A DNA stretch of 64,000 bases from Octopus vulgaris (taxonomy: Eukaryota): NCBI GenBank assembly GCA_951406725.2, contig OX597815.1, forward strand, positions 57,412,001 through 57,476,000. The letters run 5' to 3'. The translations under genes were made by a program, and so were the position numbers. Below the pieces are notes generated by a model. That model worked only from the letters and a program-made list of their open reading frames with translations, did no database searches and was not told the origin of the DNA. Of this stretch, positions 1 through 12,516 are shown one piece after another; the stretch's first letter is position 1, and each line of letters begins with the position of its first letter.

Positions 1-400
1 ATTTTATATTTTGTTGAATTTACCTGTATCTACCTGCAATTAGAGTCACTTTGTGACAAAAATTATAGTATAGAATTGGTTGAGAATATTTCATTAAATT
101 ATCTTCCAAAAATCAGATTAATATATCGATAAATAAAAAAGTTATAGTTGTTTAATGAAACCAGACTAAATTTATGATTACGTTAGAAATTAATTGAAAC
201 ACATAAGGGGTGTAATTTGGTCAGAAATATAGTAACGAAAGGGTTAAAATTCATGAAGTTGTTTTGGAAAATAAATTTTAGGCCCTTGATGATGAATTCT
301 TTTTTTATTCTTTCTGGGACCTCATTGGGATATTTATCTTGCCAGAATTTAATGGCTTCCAGTCCTAATATTTTAATGAACTTTTTAATATTTTCCAATG
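1..400 (-). mobile_element. Penelope-like element reverse transcriptase remnant
   Basis: Minus ORF 183-398 LGLEAIKFWQDKYPNEVPERIKKEFIIKGLKFIFQNNF resembles the Penelope RT segment after the DVxSLYT motif; degenerate. Confidence 0.55.
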
Positions 401-587
401 TTTTTCCTTGTAAACTGTTTTAACATGTTATTATTATCAAAGAATGTATATATGTATTGCAATATTTTGTGACAATCAGTACTTAACACAACAAAGCTTT
501 TACATGTTACTTTTGACAATCTTTTTCTAAAAAAGTGGAACCGGTCAAGTGAATAAACACCTTTTAAAATTGCATTTTCAAACCCTC

Positions 588-644
<57 letters not shown>

Positions 645-1752
645 CATAAGGTGGGTATAATGAAAACTCACATTATCACAGATATCAGCTAATGATGATG
701 AACAAGATAACATTGCTATTTTATCTTGCTGAATTTGAATATAGTTCAGTTACATGCAACTAAAAATGTTTCAGTTGAACTAGTTCATCTGTGTCAATAC
801 TTTCAGCTTGTCCATAATTGCTAAAGTATCTTGACTATGCTTTTAGATTGGCTGCTTTTATTCACTTAGTAAATTTCTATTAATCAAATGCTCATTGAGT
901 AATCATGGAATTTCCATTACTTGGCCACTGATGAACATAGTGAATGTCTAGTTGCTGGCCACAGCTAAAGATACAAACATACATACTTGTAATTTTGTGA
1001 ACGAGCACCCTCTTTTAATGAGAACTGAAGATGGAATGAACATCAACTGAACACAACTAACCTGACCCAAATATGAATACGACTTCACTACTGAACTGAT
1101 CATTTGAGGCAGCAAGCTCAAAGAGTAGTACCTCTGACATTAGAGTTGTTAGGTTTGAGCTTTGTAGTTACTGCAATGTAGAACTACTTTCTTTTAATTA
1201 GTATATCTGGTTATTATGTCTTTCTTGAGCAAAGCTCCATAAAACATTACTTATAATAATTGTTTAAATAAATAATATAAATTACTCACTGTTTTAAAGT
1301 GTCTTTTTTACCTTAGAATTAGCAAAATAATAAACTCCATTCAATATATCTCTGCATGTTTAAAATAATAAGATATAAAAATATACCTTTAGTTTGTATA
1401 TAAATATAAAACATTTCTTTAACAAATAGTGATATTAATGTGCTAATTTAATAATTCTATAAAATGACCAAATTAAAAACTACCTTCAGAATTGATACAG
1501 GCACTACTGATTTATGTAGGTTATTTCCAGAAAGTTTCTTTGATGACAGTGTTAATTGCAGGCAATACAAGTAAATTTAGAAGTCTATGTAATGTATACA
1601 TTGTCACTCATTACTAACAAATATTTTTATTTCCTTTATTTTCTCTTTTGAAGTCATGTATCATTGATCTCTTACATCTACTCCTGAAGTAACAGTGTAT
1701 TATTTATATTCTTTATAAAATCAGAAACAAAAATTTATATTTCTCATATGCA

Positions 1753-1900
1753 CAGGCATGGCTGTGCAGTAAGAAGCTTTATTCCCAATCACATGCTTTC
1801 AAGTTCAGTCCCACTGCATCGCACCTTGGGCAAGTGCCTTCTGCTATAGCCTCAGGCCAACCAAAACCTTGTGAGTGGATTTAGTTGACAGAAACTGAAA
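1753..1900 (+). mobile_element. tRNA-derived SINE head
   Basis: ggcatggctgtg...gttcagtcccactg...ccttgggcaagtg; same family as copies at 12517, 50445 and 58588. Confidence 0.75.
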
Positions 1901-2118
1901 CTTGGAAATGGATGCATGCTATTCAATTAAATAATAACATAAATAATATATATATGTATATATATAAATAGATGTGTGTATTTTACCCTTGTTAACAATT
2001 AACATGGAAAAAATAGATAAATAGTTACCAGGGTAGCAAAAAATCACAAAAGTAAAAAGTGTGCAACTTGTTTTTAAAGGTAGAAACTCCAGGTTTATGT
2101 GAAATATTTTGTATAATA

Positions 2119-2650
2119 TCATCATCATCATCATCATTATCATCATCATCATCATTTAGCGTCCGCTTTCCATGCTAGCATGGGTTGGACGGTTCAACTG
2201 GGGTCTGGGAAGCCAGAAGGCTGCATCAGGCCCAGTCTGATCTAGCAGAGTTTCTACGGCTGGATGCCCTTCCTAACGCCAACCACTCCGTGAGTGTAGT
2301 GGGTGCTTTTTACGTGCCACCTACACAGGTGCCAGACGGGGCTGGCAAAATGGCCACAGACGGATGGTGCTTTTTATGTGCCACTGGCACAGGGGCCAGG
2401 CAAGGCTGGAAACGGCCACGATCGGATGGTGCTTTTTACGTGCCACTGGCACGGGGGCCAGGCGAGGCTGGCAACAGCCACGAACGGATGGTGCTTTTTA
2501 CGTTCCACCGGCATGGAGGCCAGTCGGGGCAGAGCTGGCAACGGCCATGATCGGATGGTTCGCTTACTTGTCATCGGCACTGGTATCACAGCTGCAATTT
2601 CCATTGATGTTGATCGACTTGATTTTGGTTCTGCTTTCTGATATCTGATA
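2119..2650 (-). mobile_element. 5'-truncated RTE LINE, 3' UTR only, with ~60-bp tandem hairpin units and (ATG)n tail
   Basis: Reverse complement of the sequence following the RTE RT stop at 25134-25790; (cat)n tail at 2119-2155. Confidence 0.8.
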
Positions 2651-3341
2651 TGATTTTTTGATATATAAATAAATAAATGGAATTTAACGCAGGTGTTATT
2701 CAAATTCTTTTACTTCTGACACATGTTTCAAAGATATCACTGGTATTATTCCAAAGGAATAAAATGGTGTAAAACAATGTAATCTTCACTTGAGGGAAAT
2801 GAAAAAATGAAACTCGTCAATAAGACATTTTAACAGAATATGATGTATATGTATATTGATTAACTGAATGCTATTAAGTTTGTTTTAAAAAAACATTAGA
2901 GGATATAATGTCAAAGGTAGCCTATAGAAAGAGGTAGGGTAAAGGAAAAAAAACGCCAAATAAATGAGAAGTATATAATGATATGTATATTAAATAAAAC
3001 CCTAAAGTCTTGGAAAAAGATATATCTAGTGAATGTGAAATATAAGAAGAATATTAATGTTTAAATTATATATAATGATAGATATCACTTATATCAACTA
3101 AAGGTGTATTTCTGCCAATGTTTACATCAGTATGCACGCTCTATAACCATGTTTACAAGGGGATTTTTAGAAAAAAAGAGAAAAAATTGTTCATAAGGTA
3201 TCAAAACTGATGAAGGGTCATTCTTTGTGTTACTTGTCCTGTTTTCAATTTTTTTTCTCTCGTTGTTTGCTTATTTAACTTGCTTGTTTTCATACTTCTT
3301 GTTATTTACAGTTGGTGACATCTTGTATCCATATATGCATA

Positions 3342-3425
<84 letters not shown>

Positions 3426-3832
3426 GAGTTATATATCTATGTGTGTCTGTATTTGTCCCCCCCCCCCTCAATCACTGCTTGACAACCAGTATTGGTGTAT
3501 TTATGTCCCTATAATTAGTGGTTTGGCAAAAAAGACAAATAGAATAAGTATAAGGTTTAAAAAATAATTCCTGGAGACGATTTGTTTGACTAAAGTCTTT
3601 CAAGGTGGTGCTCCAACATGGCTGCAGTCAAATGACAGAAGCAAACATAAAAAAGAATGCCAATGAAGTGATTTCACATGCTATTTTGGGCATGTCTGCT
3701 GTAAGTTCACTGCCCTTGCTCTCAAACTACAGTCAATCATTTATTTGGAATACTTTTTTACACAAAATTACTATTGACTCTGTTTTTGCACTTGTTTAAA
3801 ATAATCTTTGATTGAGATTTTATGTTTTACAG

Positions 3833-4009
3833 CAACCTTGGTATGACCAACACCCATATCAAATAATGTTTTTAGTTGGTCTAGGAAATGTACCACCAAT
3901 TCCAGAAAACTTAAGTCGAGAAGGGAAAGAGTTCTTAAAACACTGCTTTGAGATGGAACCTAGTCGACGCCCTTGTGCCATTGACCTACTAAACCATCCT
4001 TTTCCAAAG
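3833..4009 (+). CDS. MAP3K4: MAP3K4/MEKK4-like kinase, penultimate coding exon (kinase subdomains X-XI)
   Basis: Phase-0 exon after acceptor ttttacag. QPWYDQHPYQIMFLVGLGNVPPIPENLSREGKEFLKHCFEMEPSRRPCAIDLLNHPFPK matches the MEKK4 C-terminus (recalled human RPWHEYEHNFQIMYKVGMGHKPPIPERLSPEGKDFL...LLDHSFVK). Ends at AAG|GCAAGT. Confidence 0.85.
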
Positions 4010-5053
4010 GCAAGTATTTATTTTTATTTTTATCTTTAAATAGAGTAAAATTCACAGCCTAGTTTCAGAATTTATTTATTATGCCATTGGGAAAGACATA
4101 CATAACTTTTTTCCCTTCCCTCAAAGTTAATTAGGTTAGATAGGTTTAGATCTTACATACGAAATATTGCTGTAATTTGCAGGCATAAATTATGAAGTGA
4201 TACTTTATTAATTAACTCTATCAGTATGTTTGGAATATTTATTACATTTCTTATTACTGAATATTTGTCAGAATTATTTTGAAAATTAAGTAGTTTGTCT
4301 TTGACTCAAGATACTCTTGAAATAAAAAAATTATGGTGAGAACCATTAATCATTGATCATTACTAATCACAAAAATGCTGCTGCTTTTACATGTTTGTTG
4401 CACGTCTTTTCGGGTGATTTAAATTTGAACAATTTGAGGACCGAGGCTGTCCAAGTATTTCAGTTTTCTTCAAATTGTCATTAGAGATTCAGAAGTCTTC
4501 TTCCTTTGCCCCCATAAATGATTAGATTAAAAAATACATAACTAGTATCAACAGGCTTGGGTGTTCAATTTTTTTTTACCAAAATCTGCTGTTAAAAATA
4601 CCTATCCTAAAATCTCACCTAAATATTAAAATTTTCTGAAGCTATTTTGCTACTTCAGGAGAAATGAAGTTATTATTGTAAATATTGTTTTTTGTCATCA
4701 TCGTTGTTGCCGCCATCGCCACTGTCGTTCGGTGTCAGAGGAGAATTTAATGTTAAAATACATTTCATTAAATAGTTTGGTTTTTGAGACCCTAGATTCT
4801 TAGGATGCACTTTTGAAGTTCAATTATCTCCTATTTAACATAGAATGTTATTTAAAAAATAATTACTACTGTTTTATATATATTTTATGTCATAATTTTC
4901 CTTCTCACAAACAGCAGTCACATTTCCATTTCATTTATATCTTTGAATAATTATGCATTGGTATGCTTATATGTAACCAAAATCTCCCTTTAGTTAGTTA
5001 TGGAAATTTTAATTATTCATAATTTCAAGAACAAAATAAAAACCTATGGAATA

Positions 5054-5124
5054 TGCTGAAATCCAGGATTGAACCAGGGACTTTTAGAATTTTAGTCTTA
5101 GACTCTCTCATTGAGCTATGTCAT
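5054..5124 (-). pseudogene. tRNA-Phe(GAA) pseudogene, intronic, antisense to MAP3K4
   Basis: Minus strand gacatagctcaatgagagagtctaagactaaaattctaaaagtccctggttcaatcctggatttcagca is colinear with eukaryotic tRNA-Phe; anticodon and acceptor stem mutated. Confidence 0.75.
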
Positions 5125-5984
5125 GTATTTCTAAATGGATTCATGACTTGAAGAAATATATATTTACTGTCATTACTATGAGAATATTTTACCCATGCAA
5201 ACCAAACGAGTAGCTTTAAATACTGGGTAGAAAATATAAGCCTGTTATGTTTTTATACAATTTTACATCTTTCTTTTCTGTTTTAAATTTGTCAGAAATA
5301 ATAGAACATATATATATGTATACTATACCTGAAACTACAGGCTTGAGGAGCAAACTCCTTAACTATGTCTGCCTGTGCAAGCACACAAACACAAACACAG
5401 ATATAGTGTGTGTGAGACTGTACATGTATATACATCATGAATAACGTTTGCGTTAATAGCATTTAGTTATTGAGTTACATGTTCAGTGAGAATATTTGAA
5501 CTAGATTGATATCTCTTCATGCCTTTTGAATGAGAAGCAAATGTAGTTTTGTTATCTTACCGTTTTTACCAATATATATATATATATATATATATATACG
5601 AGCAAAATGCCCCCCATCCAATGGATGGTGCTGAGTTGTCAAACATTTAAACCAAAATCCACATCTCCTCAATGGCCAACATTCCTCTCGCAGGCACGAC
5701 ATCATTGCATGTGTCTTCCATCTGAAGCTTCAAAAAATGATGGATTTGCTCTGGCAAATCATTGCAATTACCACTAATGTCATCAGTCAAACTTTTTAAG
5801 ATAGGGAAGTGAGAGGATGTTGTCTCAGTTTTAGACGCAGCAAATGATTAAACTACGTTAAATTTACAAATTACAATTTTCTCAAGAAAGCCAAGAGAAA
5901 AAAATGTTTTATTTTGACACATTCTACCAGTATACGAAGTTTAAAATTGTTTAGTTAACTAGAAATTGTGTTGAAAACTGCCAT

Positions 5985-6685
5985 TCAAAAGGAAAAGATC
6001 CAGAAAATGCAACAAGCATTTGCATAGATTGAAAAAGGTCTTTCTATGTTTGAGGATATAGATCCAAATGCTCAATGCTTTTCCAAGATTATGGGGGCTT
6101 GTCATGAAGCTTTTGCTCCTTATAATGTCATTCTTGAGGAAAAGAAGATGACAGTTCAAGAAACTCTCAACCGGTTTTTTTAAGTGCATTGAACAACAAG
6201 AACAGCCAGAGAACAGCTGTTGATGTTGACTGTCTACAGCCATTTACATCTGTGATATAAACCACCAAATTGGATGTACGTATTGGTAAATTTAAAATAA
6301 TTAAGTTTTTTTTTACTATTGCAAAATAATAATTATTGAATTTGTTTTTTAAGCTTAAAAAAGGCTTTTATTTTACCATGTCTTATTGCAAACTGCATTC
6401 ATAAATAAAGTGTCTGCAATGTACAGTAAACACCACCAAATTGTATTTGTAAATGTAGATTACATTTTTTTTTACTGTAGTGTATTAAAAAATAAAAATT
6501 ATTTGTTTGTAAGCTTAAAATAGGTTTTTATTAACCATGTATTATTATTCATACATAAAGTACAGAACTGGAAATGATTATTATTGGTTTAGCCTAGAGA
6601 CAAGTTAATTCGACTTGAGTCGTTTTTTTACTTAAGCCGTGTCTCCTTGAAATAATTAACAATGTAGGGTGAGGTATATGCATTT
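5985..6685 (+). mobile_element. Tigger/pogo DNA transposon 3' remnant
   Basis: + translation near 6000-6180 (AFA*IEKGLSMFEDIDPNAQCFSKIMGACHEAFAPYNVILEEKKMTVQETLNRFF) is typical of Tigger transposase C-termini; Tigger-like terminal segment near 6610-6685. Confidence 0.6.
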
Positions 6686-6841
6686 ATGTATGTATGTATA
6701 TATATATAGATGTACTTGCATAGCGAGTGACTTGATCTGAGATCATGTGCTGGAACAAAAACAATTGCAGCGTGGAAGGTGTTTATAAACCATTTAAAAA
6801 ACACACAAAACCGTTAGATTCACTTCAACATTTAAATTTAA

Positions 6842-6895
6842 TTTGTCAAAATTTAATTTTCGTCGCTCTGAGACTGTGATCTGTTCACTGATAAA
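6842..6895 (-). ncRNA. Hammerhead-ribozyme-like motif with variant G3:C8 core (partly decayed)
   Basis: Minus: TTTATCA-GTGAACA-GATCAC-loop-GCGAC-GAAAAT-TAA-ATTT-TGACAAA; stems I, II and III are recognisable, with mismatches in stems I and II. Confidence 0.45.
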
Positions 6896-7520
6896 GCTTC
6901 GTGCTGCATCTCATATATATATACATACATACATACATACATAAATGCATATATATGTATGTGTGTGTGTGTATGAATATCTGTGTGTGTGTGTAAATAC
7001 ATGACAAAGCTATATATAAACACACTCTCAAATTGCATTTGTATCACAGCTATTATTCTCACTTCACCTCTCTTTACCACTTCCTCTCACTCATTGCTAT
7101 TACTTTCTCTCACTCCTGCCTACTGCATGATTTTGGACAAAAAAAATATATATATATTTATATAATACAAATAAGAAAACGGAGAAACAATCTAGTTGGT
7201 TCATCAGCTTTCGGATATTAGAATGTTGACTTATTTATTTATTTAACAAAAACAAGAACCTTAATAGCGTACATATACACATTATAATTCAATACTTTTA
7301 AGATAAGAATACAATTATAAAAATCATAATATAAATTATTGAAAGCATTAAATCACTCCTTACAGCTGTTTCAGCATATAAACACACACACAAATATATG
7401 AAAATACTACACTCATTATTATATTAGATTAGTTTAGTGTGTGTCTTTATGTTTGTGTTTGTCCCACTTCACCATCTGACAACCAGTGTTGGTTTATTTA
7501 CATCCCTTTAAGTACTCGAT

Positions 7521-7565
<45 letters not shown>

Positions 7566-8171
7566 TTATGAAAATAAACAGCAGAAAACTCCTCACAAAA
7601 TGGGTTTTCTGCTGCTCTAGATAATGTAAAATGTAGGTGTGTATTACTGGGTCACAGCTATTGAATATTATCCCTCTAACACCTAGATACTCTTCATATC
7701 ATAGTGCTGAATATAATATTTGAACTCATGATTTTTGTAGTCCAGTAATATAACCACTCTACAGAGTGCATTTTATATCAAATAAGATGACATGTAAACA
7801 CCAACTACAGGAGCTAAAACAGCATCTAACTTGTAAACAGTATCTGCAGGAGCTGAAAAAAGATGAGTCCATTGTCTTATTAAAAAAGATTGTGTCTTTA
7901 CTGTGGTGCATGCTGAAAACCTCCTGTTACTTTGTTGACATAGAACTACAGTAAAAGTATATCAAAGAAAAATTTTAAATTAGTAATTATTCTGAGTCTC
8001 TTAATCAAGAAGCTGTATTGCCTCTTGATCAAGTGTCATCAAGAGGCCTACTTAAATCTTTATGAAAAGGGGCATTGTGCTGATATGTTTATTCGGTTAG
8101 AAACTTACTTTTAAAAGAAACCTGATAATTTTCATACAATTTCAATTTATGTTTTTTTTCTTCATTTACAG

Positions 8172-8198
8172 GTTTCTGATGAAGACATGAACCTCTGA
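8172..8198 (+). CDS. MAP3K4: MAP3K4 terminal coding exon (VSDEDMNL*)
   Basis: Strong acceptor ttttttttcttcatttacag; a phase-0 join gives HPFPK|VSDEDMNL*, paralleling recalled human HSFVK|VCTDEE*; candidate AATAAA at 8612. Confidence 0.75.
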   Translation, partial: VSDEDMNL

Positions 8199-8969
8199 GC
8201 GCATTACTACTAAAACCTTTTTGAGAGACAGTGGATATGAGAAAAAGTAACAGATCCTTGATAATAATTTTTATGATTGATAGGAAAGACAAATGAAAAT
8301 TGGGAGAGAATCATGTTTTTGTAATGTCCATTTAGTGACATCTAAATTAAAACTTGTTCCAATTACTTCTTATATTTAAAAATTTCTTAGGAATTTTTAG
8401 ATAATATTTGGAATCTGCTCCACAGTGATATGTTGGTTAAATGCAACATGTATTTGGCATATGTCTTCATGGAAAAAATGCTTTTCAAAATATTCCTTTT
8501 CATTTCAAAACATGACTAAGATACTTCTCTGTTTTAGAGAAATGTAATATAAATTAACTTTCTTCTTTTCTTTTTTTTTTTTTTTTGATGGGGTGAGAAA
8601 TTTATTATTATAATAAATTTAAATATATAAAATGAAAAAAAATTACCACCACATTTCTTTTCTAGTGAACTAACTTATGATCCTAAGAGAGATGACCTGG
8701 ACAAATGAATCAGAATTGTCAAAAAAACAAAGAAAGGACTTTGTAATTGAATCTTTACCAGAATCTAAAAATATAGGCAAATACACAGGCATACAGTTCT
8801 AAATGATTTTAGGTTTACTATTTATATATAGGTGCAGGTAAGAAGCTTGCTTCTCAACCACATGGTTATGAGTTCAGTCCCATTGCATGGCACTTTGGAC
8901 AAGTGTTTTCTGTTGTCTCAGGCCAACAAAAGCCTTGTGAGTGTATTTGGCAGACAGAAACTGAAAGCC

Positions 8970-9660
8970 CATGCCAAAACAGATAACAGAACATGGCATA
9001 GCCTTCTGGCTTGCCGGCTCTTTTCAAAGCATCCGCCCCATGCAAGTATGGAAAACAGTTGTTAAATGTTGTTGTTGTTGATGATGATAATGATCAACTT
9101 TATCTGAGTATGCTAATGTCCTATCTGATCATTTTAATTATTGGTAACTTCCTCTTTCCCACACGTATTCCATACAATGGCTCCAATAAATACAAGGAAT
9201 AAAATGGATAAGGAGAATCATACATTAAAGTCATAGATAATGGTCTCACAGTATTGGGTGATAATTACCTAAGTACAGTATGGGCAGGTAATATGTACAT
9301 ATAATTTCATAAAGATATAGGATTATAACCATGTTAAAATGGTTAGCCAACATACAATGGAAAATATAGGAATCCAAGGTATTCATCTTATAGATCAGGC
9401 TTGCTTGGCACAATTAGAAGTAGCACAACAGTAGCTAAGCAAATAATGAACAATAAAGGTGAGGTTTGTGGGAAGGAGGAAGTTACCAATAATTAAAATG
9501 ATCAGATAGGACATTAGCATACTCAGATAGAGTTGATCATTATCATCATCAACAACAACAACATTTAACAACTGTTTTTCATACTTGCATGTGGCGGATG
9601 CTTTGACAAGAGCTGGCAAACCAGAAGGCTATGCCATGTTCTGTTATCTGTTTTGGCATG
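8970..9660. repeat. Inverted repeat, ~194-bp arms (8970-9163 / 9467-9660)
   Basis: Arms are near-identical reverse complements; mirrored ORFs 9011+ and 9395- give nearly the same peptide. Confidence 0.9.
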
Positions 9661-10214
9661 TTTTCTATGGCTAGATGCCCTCCCTAGCGCTAACCACTTC
9701 ACAGAGTGTACTGGGTACATTTTTCATGGTACCAGTACCAGTAGGATCAGCAAGTAACTTGCAAAATAAGACAAAGGTCCCTTGACTAGAGGGAGTAGTT
9801 GATGAGAGGTTAAAAGAATAATAGGTGTCTTGCTGTAGAAGCAATACAAGGCTATTCTAGCTGGAGAAAGCAGAAGGAGACTTGGAGAGAAAGGTAGAGA
9901 TAAAGAGAGTGAAAGAGATGGTGGCTGATATGTGTCTGGACAAACCCTCAAGTTGCAGTGGGGAAGAATAATAGGTGAAGAGATACAAAGGATTGGACTG
10001 GTTAAGGTGATAGAAGGGAAAATTTCATAAGAATGTAAGGAGAGATGGCAAGATGGGCTATAGGTGTCTGTAGTAATTGAAGGTGAGGAGTGTAGGAGAG
10101 TTTCAGGGGAAGAGGGTTATGTTAGATATGTGTGGGCATTGGGAGAGATAAGGGATGAAAGAGGTGTAAGGATGGATGGAGTATAGTAGAGAAAAGAGAG
10201 CATCGCTAGAGAAA

Positions 10215-12030
10215 GATAACACATTTGGGAATTTTTTTTTTATATTCTTATGTGATCTTACATATTCTTGGGTTGCTGATTTTAAATATCAAAATCATCA
10301 CATAAGGATTTTCAATAAAATATAAATTAATGATAATAAAAGATGTGAATTTTTAGTAAATCGTTTCTTTATTAAAATGAAGCAAATAATCATGGAAAAG
10401 TATATTCTGTTAGTTTTAAGTATATATGTATTCCAAATCAACATGAAATGAATCTTGAATCATCAACATCAAATCAAAGGAATGTAAAAAAAATATGTTC
10501 CTAATGGTTAGCCTATATATTGATCCAAAGGAAGGAGGACCTCTTTGAATTCTGCTTGTGCTGTGCATCCGGACCATCATCTTTCAATGAGCAGCAGTAA
10601 TTTGCCATCATACTGACATTCAATTTGCCCTGATATCAGGCTTCCACTCCCCTTGTTCCTCACTGTAGTTACCACAATTCTTGAGAAAATAGTCAAGATG
10701 TGGTGCAAAAAGTGCAAATTGACACTCATTCTAGACCCAAGTTGTTGGAAATTTCAAATCAGTTCTTGGATCATTTTTCATATTTTGGGAAGCAGCTGTT
10801 TTCCAGGAAGTTTTAAACAATCTGCTTGGAGAAAATCAGGCATTCACCTTGACATCTGCTAGTGCTTCCTCAAAATGCTTTGAATCCAGGTGCTTGAAAG
10901 CAGCTCTATTCTTGTTCAGGTCCTTCACAAAATTTTTCATAAGTCCTAATTTGATGTGGAGGGGTGACAGCAGAATTTTCATGGAGTCAGCTAGTGGTAC
11001 AGCTATCATGTTGTGATTTCCAGGTAAGAAGCTGGTCCTTGGTGGCCAGTTTATAGTGCTGACTGTCTGCCCTACTACCCCAAAAACAAAAGAATCAGAA
11101 ATACTTGGTGTATCCCCCTTGAAGCAATGACTTTTAAATCACTAAAAATGGGAAAATGTGATTATGTTACTTGATGGCAGTTATTAGTGCCTTTATATTT
11201 TCATAGGTTTCTAGCATTTGGACACTATGACCAATTGGTTCAGTTGCAGCTGTGTTGCCATTGTAGAGAAGACCACCCTTTGAACTTCTGTTAGAACCAA
11301 AGAAGAGCCTTCATTCATCTGCCTTGTATGATATCCCAATGTGTTCAATAGGGCCTGAAATAGTTGAACAGAAAAATAAAGAATCCAATTTCTCAAAGAA
11401 CTGAGTGAATTTTACTTCACAATGATGGTACCAAGTAAATGTTGTTCCACAAGACTGTCTTCCTTCAGTCTAGAGCCAAGTGCACTTTCATTTGGAAGGT
11501 TGTCTCTCATTAACTCAATGAGCTCAACTTGGTTGAAGAGTTCGGGATTGTCATTTCTTGGTGGTTCATAGTCTACCTCCATCACATTAGTATTACTAGT
11601 ATCAGTCTCTGATGAAATCACCAATGTCTCAGGTGGTACAGGTACAGGAATATCATCTGAGTGTGGGGCAGGCCTTATTGCAATCCTTGGTCTTCTTGTT
11701 GAATGCAGCTACTTTAGTCATACAGAAGTAGTAGTCATGGTGGTTCATCTGCTCCTGCCATACTATTGGTACTCCAAAGGGCATACATTTCAGTTTTCCA
11801 ACTGACCATATTTTGAGCTTACTAATGAAACTCTTGCTAGCTTTGTGAGGTGCAGATGGATTGTCCTGGTCTTCCAGTTTGCAACCAAAATAAGCTAAAT
11901 GGCAGCTCTTCAAAAAAAGATTAATATTACTCCAGGTATCTGAAAGGAGCCTCTAGACAAAGAAAAATATATTCGATTTAATATTTAAGTCAATATAGAA
12001 TAAGTATTTTTATTGAAGATATACTTTATC
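10215..12030 (-). mobile_element. Degenerate DNA transposon, probably Chapaev3 (CMC) type
   Basis: Minus-strand fragments AYFGCKLEDQDNPSAPH...MPFGVPIVWQE...DYYFC and ILLSPLHIKLGLMKNFVKDL; many stops and frameshifts; family name from memory. Confidence 0.6.
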
Positions 12031-12516
12031 ATTTACAAAAAGAAAAAAGTAATGTTTCTGGACAACTTGAGAACTTGATGTGTTGGAGATCAATAAAAAA
12101 CACCACGAATCACCACTTATCATATATATTTCAAAAAAGATACCATACAGACAATAAAAAGAATCTTGCAGACCAGTGTAATCAGGAATGGAAGTGGTTT
12201 TAGGATGGGGGAGCAATTAAGATTATTACAATTTTAGAAGAGTAGTATTTACAGTATATGTGGAATTGATTGCAAGTTTCAAAGAAAGAGTGAAAGAATA
12301 ATAAATTTATGACAAAAGAATAAAAGCTTTGAGTCCTAAATTCTTCTTAGTACACCAATATCCACAATACATTAGTTATTTGGAATGTGCAGGTAAGACA
12401 TGCTTTATTTCATACAACCAATTGTCTCATCACCATAAGCAAATTTTATTGAACTGTTGTCTTTGTAACTCAAAATTTCATACTTTTATAAAGTAATCTG
12501 AACAAAATTTACAATA

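Noticed and set aside
2185-2703. Overlapping ORFs in several frames (also 13251-13785, 23116-23496, 25246-25921, 43904-44661)
   Set aside because: Artefacts of GC-rich, stop-poor tandem units; no protein motifs.
3200-3270. ctgatgaagg as a hammerhead core
   Set aside because: No downstream stem II closure or GAAA is present.
400-3830. Upstream MAP3K4 exon (APE/DIWSLG subdomains)
   Set aside because: No such motif found by eye; it probably lies left of the window.
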